Shown: positions 8,575 through 12,573 of the stretch, one piece after another
Position numbering within the stretch: position 1 is the first letter of the stretch
Layout: every line of letters begins with the position of its first letter
NCBI RefSeq assembly: GCF_006345805.1
Contig: NW_021826539.1
Coordinates: 1 to 12,573 of the forward strand
Length of the DNA stretch: 12,573 nt
Direction of reading: 5' to 3'
DNA from: Octopus sinensis
Lineage: Eukaryota
Program-made: the position numbers and the translations under genes
Notes under the pieces: model-generated
The model's input: the letters and a program-made list of their open reading frames with translations, nothing else
Told to the model about the DNA's origin: nothing
Database searches by the model: none

Positions 8575-9450
8575 AATGAAATGTCATCGCCCTCATCGCT
8601 GTCATAACCGTCAGCGTTGTCATCGTCGTCATCGTCGTCATAATGTTCATTGTGTCATCGTCCTCATCATTGTCATCATCGTCATCGTTGTCATTATCGT
8701 TGTAGTCGTCGTTGTCATCGTCGTTATTGTTGTCATCGCCTTCATCGTTGTCATAATCGTCATCGTTGTCGTCGTCGTCGTTGTCATAATGATCATCGTT
8801 GTCATAATCGTCATTGTTTTCATCCTCGCTGTCCTCGTCATCGTCATCGTCATCGTCGATGTCGTCGTCGTTATCGTTGTCATCGTCATCATCGTTGTCA
8901 TCATCTTTGTCATCGTCATCGTCATCGTCGTTGTCATCGTCGTTATTGCTCTCATCGTCATTATCATTGCCGTCATCGTCATCGTTGTTGTCGTCCCCGT
9001 TTTCATTGTCGTAATCGCCATCATTGTCATCGTCATCGTTTGTCATCATCGTTGTCGTCGTCGTTGTCATCGTCATCGTCGTTGTCGTCGCCGTTATCGT
9101 TGTCATCATCATCATCGTTGTCATTGTTGTCATCATCTTTGTCATCGTTGTTGTTATCGTCATCATCATTGCCATCATCGTCATTGTCGTAGTCGTCATC
9201 ATTGTCATCGTCATCGTTTGTCATCACCGTTTGTCATCATCGTTGTAGATGTCATCATCATACCTGTCATCGTCCTGGTTATCAGCATCCACTTCATTGG
9301 TCCCATCATTTTCCTCATCGCACGTCACAGTCGCCATCGACATTGTTGTCATCATCGTAGCCGACGTTATATTCGTTCTCATCGTAACTGGTGTCATCGA
9401 TTTCCTCATCGTTGTTTTCATTGTCGTCGATCTAATCGCAATCATTGTTA
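8575..9450. repeat. Degenerate trinucleotide array (ATC/GTC/GTT/ATT)n, i.e. (RTY)n
   Basis: About 870 bp of phased RTY triplets with occasional single-base phase shifts (TCGTTTGTC near 9040, 9218 and 9231). Confidence 0.93.
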
Positions 9451-10019
9451 TTGGATTGTCCGGAAAGTTCCTGCCGATTTATAGTAGCTTACCTTTCGAC
9501 TTATGTTAAAACATGGTTGAATCCATAAAATAGGATTTGACTACACCTCCAATTAGAGCAAGGTTTAAGCTATCGTTTCGGGGAAGAAGGTTTGTGTTCC
9601 TGTAACCTGTGTTAATTCTGTAACCCTTTAAAATGGAAGATAAGAAAGTTCATTTTCGGCACTTGATTCTTTGGGAACCAGACAAAAATTGCTGCAGCTC
9701 GGCTGGGATATATTACCCCACCCTCCATATTCACCAGATATTGCTCCTTCGGATTTCCACTTATTCAGGTCTCTGCAGAATAGCCTTAATGGTAAAATTC
9801 TCAATTCGTTTGATGACGTAAAAAGATACCTTAATGAATTCTTTGCCATGAAACCACATCAATTCTGGGAAGAGGGCATTTTCAAGTTAAAGGAAAGATG
9901 GAGGACGCATTGTGCAACAAAATGGTTTGTATTTGGTTGATTAAAAATGTAACGGCAAGTATTTATTGACCTTTTTTGTTTCCTTTAAAAAATCGGCACG
10001 AACTTTCCGGACAACCCAA
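9451..10019 (+). mobile_element. Internally deleted, non-autonomous mariner DNA transposon (about 570 bp)
   Basis: TIRs TTGGATTGTCCGGAAAGTTCCTGCCGATTT (9451-9480) and the reverse complement of 9990-10019 match at 28/30. TA lies immediately left (9449-9450); the right flank reads AA. Transposase remnants lie inside. Confidence 0.93.
9633..9944 (+). pseudogene. Mariner transposase remnant: N-terminus fused out of frame to the C-terminus
   Basis: MEDKKVHFRHLILWE (9633-9677) is joined near 9676 to TRQKLLQLGWDILPHPPYSPDIAPSDFHLFRSLQNSLNGK...WEEGIFKLKERW, which has the mariner YSPD(L/I)APxD motif. A frameshift near 9904 precedes RIVQQNGLYLVD*, TAA at 9942-9944. Confidence 0.92.
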
Positions 10020-10024
10020 AATTT

Positions 10025-10210
10025 CCATCGATCTTATCATCAACGTGATTCTCAAAGCTGTCTATGTTGTCGTTATCATTGTCGTCATCGTTGTCATCGC
10101 GCCGTTGTTATCTCATCCTTATTGTCGTTTTTTTCCCTGTCATCGCTATTATCACCGTCGTTGTTGTCATCGTTATTGTCGCCGTTGCATTCTTCATTGT
10201 CATCATTGTT
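10025..10210. repeat. Continuation of the degenerate (RTY)n array to the right of the mariner
   Basis: Same GTC/ATC/GTT pattern, more degraded; consistent with the mariner having inserted into the array. Confidence 0.75.
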
Positions 10211-10389
10211 TACCTCCAGATCGATCTGGATCGATCAGATTTATGATTAAAGTTCAGATAATCAATCAAAGTAGTATTTACCTGTTCTGAAGCCTAAAGC
10301 AAATTTCCGATAAACCGACTTTGGTTAAATCGTTTGTGACAGATATATTACAACCAACCTTTTTCAAGAAAACTATTCAGATATATATA

Positions 10390-10557
10390 ATAGGAAAATT
10401 TACAAAAGAAAACAAAAGTCGAAGACAGGTTGTGTAGACAACAAACAGATGTATTAGTTTAACGCTCTGGAAATGAAAATGTCTTTAACGTTTCGAGCCT
10501 ACGCTCTTCCACAGAAAGAAACAAGGAGAAAAAATAAAGAATGTGTAGTGGGTAGCG
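10390..10557 (-). mobile_element. Probable PLE pLTR fragment (boundaries approximate)
   Basis: Inferred from the embedded PLE-type hammerhead motif and non-microsatellite sequence between two (TA)-rich tracts. No coding sequence is visible. Confidence 0.4.
10482..10519 (-). ncRNA. Hammerhead-like motif, short-stem-III variant, with a non-canonical U at core position 6
   Basis: Minus strand: UCUUU [CUGUGGA] A GAGC-GUAG-GCUC [GAA] ACGU U AAAGA. Stem I is 5 bp perfect, stem II is 4 bp perfect, the palindrome is ACGU and the triplet is GUU. The core differs from CUGANGA at 10511. Confidence 0.55.
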
Positions 10558-10559
10558 TA

Positions 10560-10593
10560 TATACATATGCATATATATATACATATATATACT

Positions 10594-10651
<58 letters not shown>

Positions 10652-10821
10652 TTTGTATCTGCGTCTGTTCCTCCACCAGCGGTGGTGGTGTGTTTATGTC
10701 CACGTAACCCAGGGGTTCGACAAAAGAAAACGATACAATAAGAACTAGAATTTAAAGAACTCCTGAAAAGCGTGCTCCAGCATGGCCGCAGTCTAATGGC
10801 TGAAACCAGTAAAAGATAGAA
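10560..10821 (+). mobile_element. 3' half of a family A SINE (diverged), preceded by the (TA)n(TG)n tract
   Basis: 10645-10821 aligns with the right half of family A, including GTGCTCCAGCATGGCCGCAGTCTAATGGCTGAAACCAGTAAAAGA. No tRNA head is found upstream. Confidence 0.82.
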
Positions 10822-10825
10822 TTTA

Positions 10826-10835
10826 TACAGTGTAT

Positions 10836-10874
<39 letters not shown>

Positions 10875-10876
10875 TA
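10826..10876. repeat. (TG)n microsatellite
   Basis: Direct reading. Confidence 0.95.
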
Positions 10877-10984
10877 TAAATGGTGAAAGAGGTCTTTTAC
10901 TGTTCCTGCCTTTCTCTTAACAGCTGTCCAACACTCCATCTCCTTTTTCCTTTCCTTCCCTCACTTTTTACCTATTTTCCTCCC

Positions 10985-11035
10985 ATCCTCTCTCTCTCTC
11001 CTTCTTTGTTTCACTCTCTCTAACTCTCTTTCTTG

Positions 11036-11082
<47 letters not shown>

Positions 11083-11440
11083 TCATTATAACTGTTGTGG
11101 TTAATCTCAGATAAATGGTTGTCTTTGAAAAATATAATTCCGTGTGCTTGAAATAAAGAGAGAGGGAGAGAGAGAGAGATACAAAGGGAGAACGATTGAG
11201 AGCAAGAGAGAGAGGAGGGATGGAGTCAATGATCTTGTTGGTGGAGAATATAATATATATATATATGTATATATGTGTGTGTGTGTTGTGTGTGTGTGTT
11301 TGTGTATGTATGCATGTGTGCGTGTATATATATATAATACTTATATATTTTATATCATACAACATATATCATATGTTATATAATATAAAGGAAGGAGAGA
11401 GAGGAAGAGTGAGGGAGAGAGAGGGAGAGAGGGGGTGAGA
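10985..11440. repeat. (CT)n, (GA)n, (TA)/(TG)n and (GA)n microsatellite cluster
   Basis: (CT)n at about 10985-11080, (GA)n at about 11155-11220 and 11390-11437. Confidence 0.92.
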
Positions 11441-11529
11441 CGCAATAGACTGAATCGATAATGTAGGATTAATCACTAAAGACAGATAATCAATCACCCA
11501 CTAGACCGTCGCGTTCTATTAAAGGGAAA

Positions 11530-11546
11530 TAATAATAATAATAAGG

Positions 11547-11587
<41 letters not shown>

Positions 11588-11810
11588 TAATAATAATAAT
11601 AATGGTTTCCAATTTTGCCACAAGGGCAGCCATTTTGGCCTGTTCAACTGGCACTTATTTTATCGACCTCAAAAGAATGAAAGGCAAAATCGACCTCGGC
11701 GGAATTTGAACTCAGAACGAAGCGACGGACGAATTACCGCTAAGCATTTTGCCTGGCGTGCTAACGATTTTACCAGCTCGTTGCACTAATAATAATATAA
11801 TGATAATAAC

Positions 11811-11858
<48 letters not shown>

Positions 11859-11885
11859 GTAATAATAATAATAGTAATAGTAATA

Positions 11886-11939
<54 letters not shown>

Positions 11940-12045
11940 CAATGATAATGATATAATATTAATAATAATATAATAATAATAATAATATAATAATAATAAT
12001 AATAATAATAAAAATAACAACAACAACAATAATTATTATTATTAT
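11530..12045. repeat. (TAA)n arrays flanking a family B SINE
   Basis: (TAA)n at 11530-11603 and 11787-12030, then a short (ATT)n to about 12045. Confidence 0.95.
11603..11782 (-). mobile_element. SINE family B, variant tail, internally shortened
   Basis: Minus strand: GAGCTGGTAAAATCGTTAGCACGCC, GAGTTCAAATTCC (11713-11701), GCCTTTCATTCTTTTGAGGTCGATAAAATAAGTGCCAG, then GCCCTTGTGGCAAAATTGGAAACC running into (ATT)n. Confidence 0.88.
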
Positions 12046-12154
12046 CGGAGCCCTAGGAACAGTGAGCAAATATCTCGAGAAGTACGTGGAACAAATAGGA
12101 ACTGCAATAAGGGTCGAGCACCTGCAGAAAGCAACACTGCTTGGAACCGCTCGA
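12041..12154 (+). mobile_element. C-terminal fragment of a restriction-like-endonuclease non-LTR retrotransposon (R4/Dong-like)
   Basis: Open frame IIGALGTVSKYLEKYVEQIGTAIRVEHLQKATLLGTAR, which matches the iiGAlGtv...lQKa.llGTari terminal motif I recognise from R4/Dong-type ORFs. It has no ATG, so it is absent from the ORF track. Confidence 0.78.
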
Positions 12155-12239
12155 AGAAGAAGAAGAATTCTTTCCGCTTCAGGAAGAAAGGCTGAGATTT
12201 GGTGAGAAGGGTCCAGTCGATTACATCGACCCCAGTGCT
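12153..12239 (-). mobile_element. 3' fragment of a family B SINE with a (CTT)n tail
   Basis: Minus strand: AGCACTGGGGTCGATGTAATCGACTGG...GGAAAGAATT(CTT)n. Confidence 0.75.
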
Positions 12240-12355
12240 TAGCGTCATTTCGTCCGTCTTTACTTTCTGGTTTCAAATTCTGCTACGGTCGGCTTTCATC
12301 ATTTTGGGGCCAATGAATTAAGTACCAATTGAACACTGGAGTCCATGTAATCGAG
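12236..12355 (+). mobile_element. Diverged family B SINE lacking its head
   Basis: TGCTTAGCGTCATTTCGTCCGTC...TTTCAAATTCTG...CTTTCATCATTTTGGGGCCAATGAATTAAGTACCAATTGAACACTGGAGTCCATGTAATCGAG aligns with the family B body. Confidence 0.75.
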
Positions 12356-12573
12356 CAGCATCCTCTTCCACAATTCCAGAATAAAAGCAAAATTACTAGA
12401 GAACGTTTTATCAACGAATGCACTACTGTGGAGAGATATTTACTGTAAAACATCCACACTGAAGTCAACAAATATGGACAACATACAATAGACAAATGGT
12501 TATGGAGAGAAAGAGAAATTTGGAAAAAATGTCAATGCGAACGCACTTCCGAATGTACGGATATTCATGAGAA

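Noticed and set aside
8576-9484. 302-aa I/V-rich and H/R/C-rich plus-strand ORFs
   Set aside because: They are alternative frames of the (RTY)n array; composition switches at single-base phase shifts.

Overview
AT-rich, microsatellite-saturated eukaryotic non-coding DNA. The SINE families and repeat load point to an octopus genome (inference from recognised repeats, no database search). No intact protein-coding gene is supported, and most ORF-track entries are read-throughs of simple repeats. The window contains: a frameshifted L1/Tx1-clade LINE ORF2 fragment (1-370, minus); five copies or fragments of a long tRNA-derived SINE with a central microsatellite (my label 'family A'); four copies or fragments of a shorter tRNA-derived SINE ('family B'), one nested in an A copy; an internally deleted mariner with 30-bp TIRs (9451-10019) inside a degenerate (RTY)n array; and an R4/Dong-like endonuclease C-terminal fragment beside a (TAA)n array. 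The most striking feature is a 418-bp foldback (2955-3372). Each arm encodes a minimal type-I hammerhead ribozyme of the Penelope-like-element (PLE) kind, one per strand, both with intact CUGAUGA/GAAA cores and the palindrome ACAGCUGU. A third, variant hammerhead lies at 10482-10519 (minus). All alignments and counts were done by eye.
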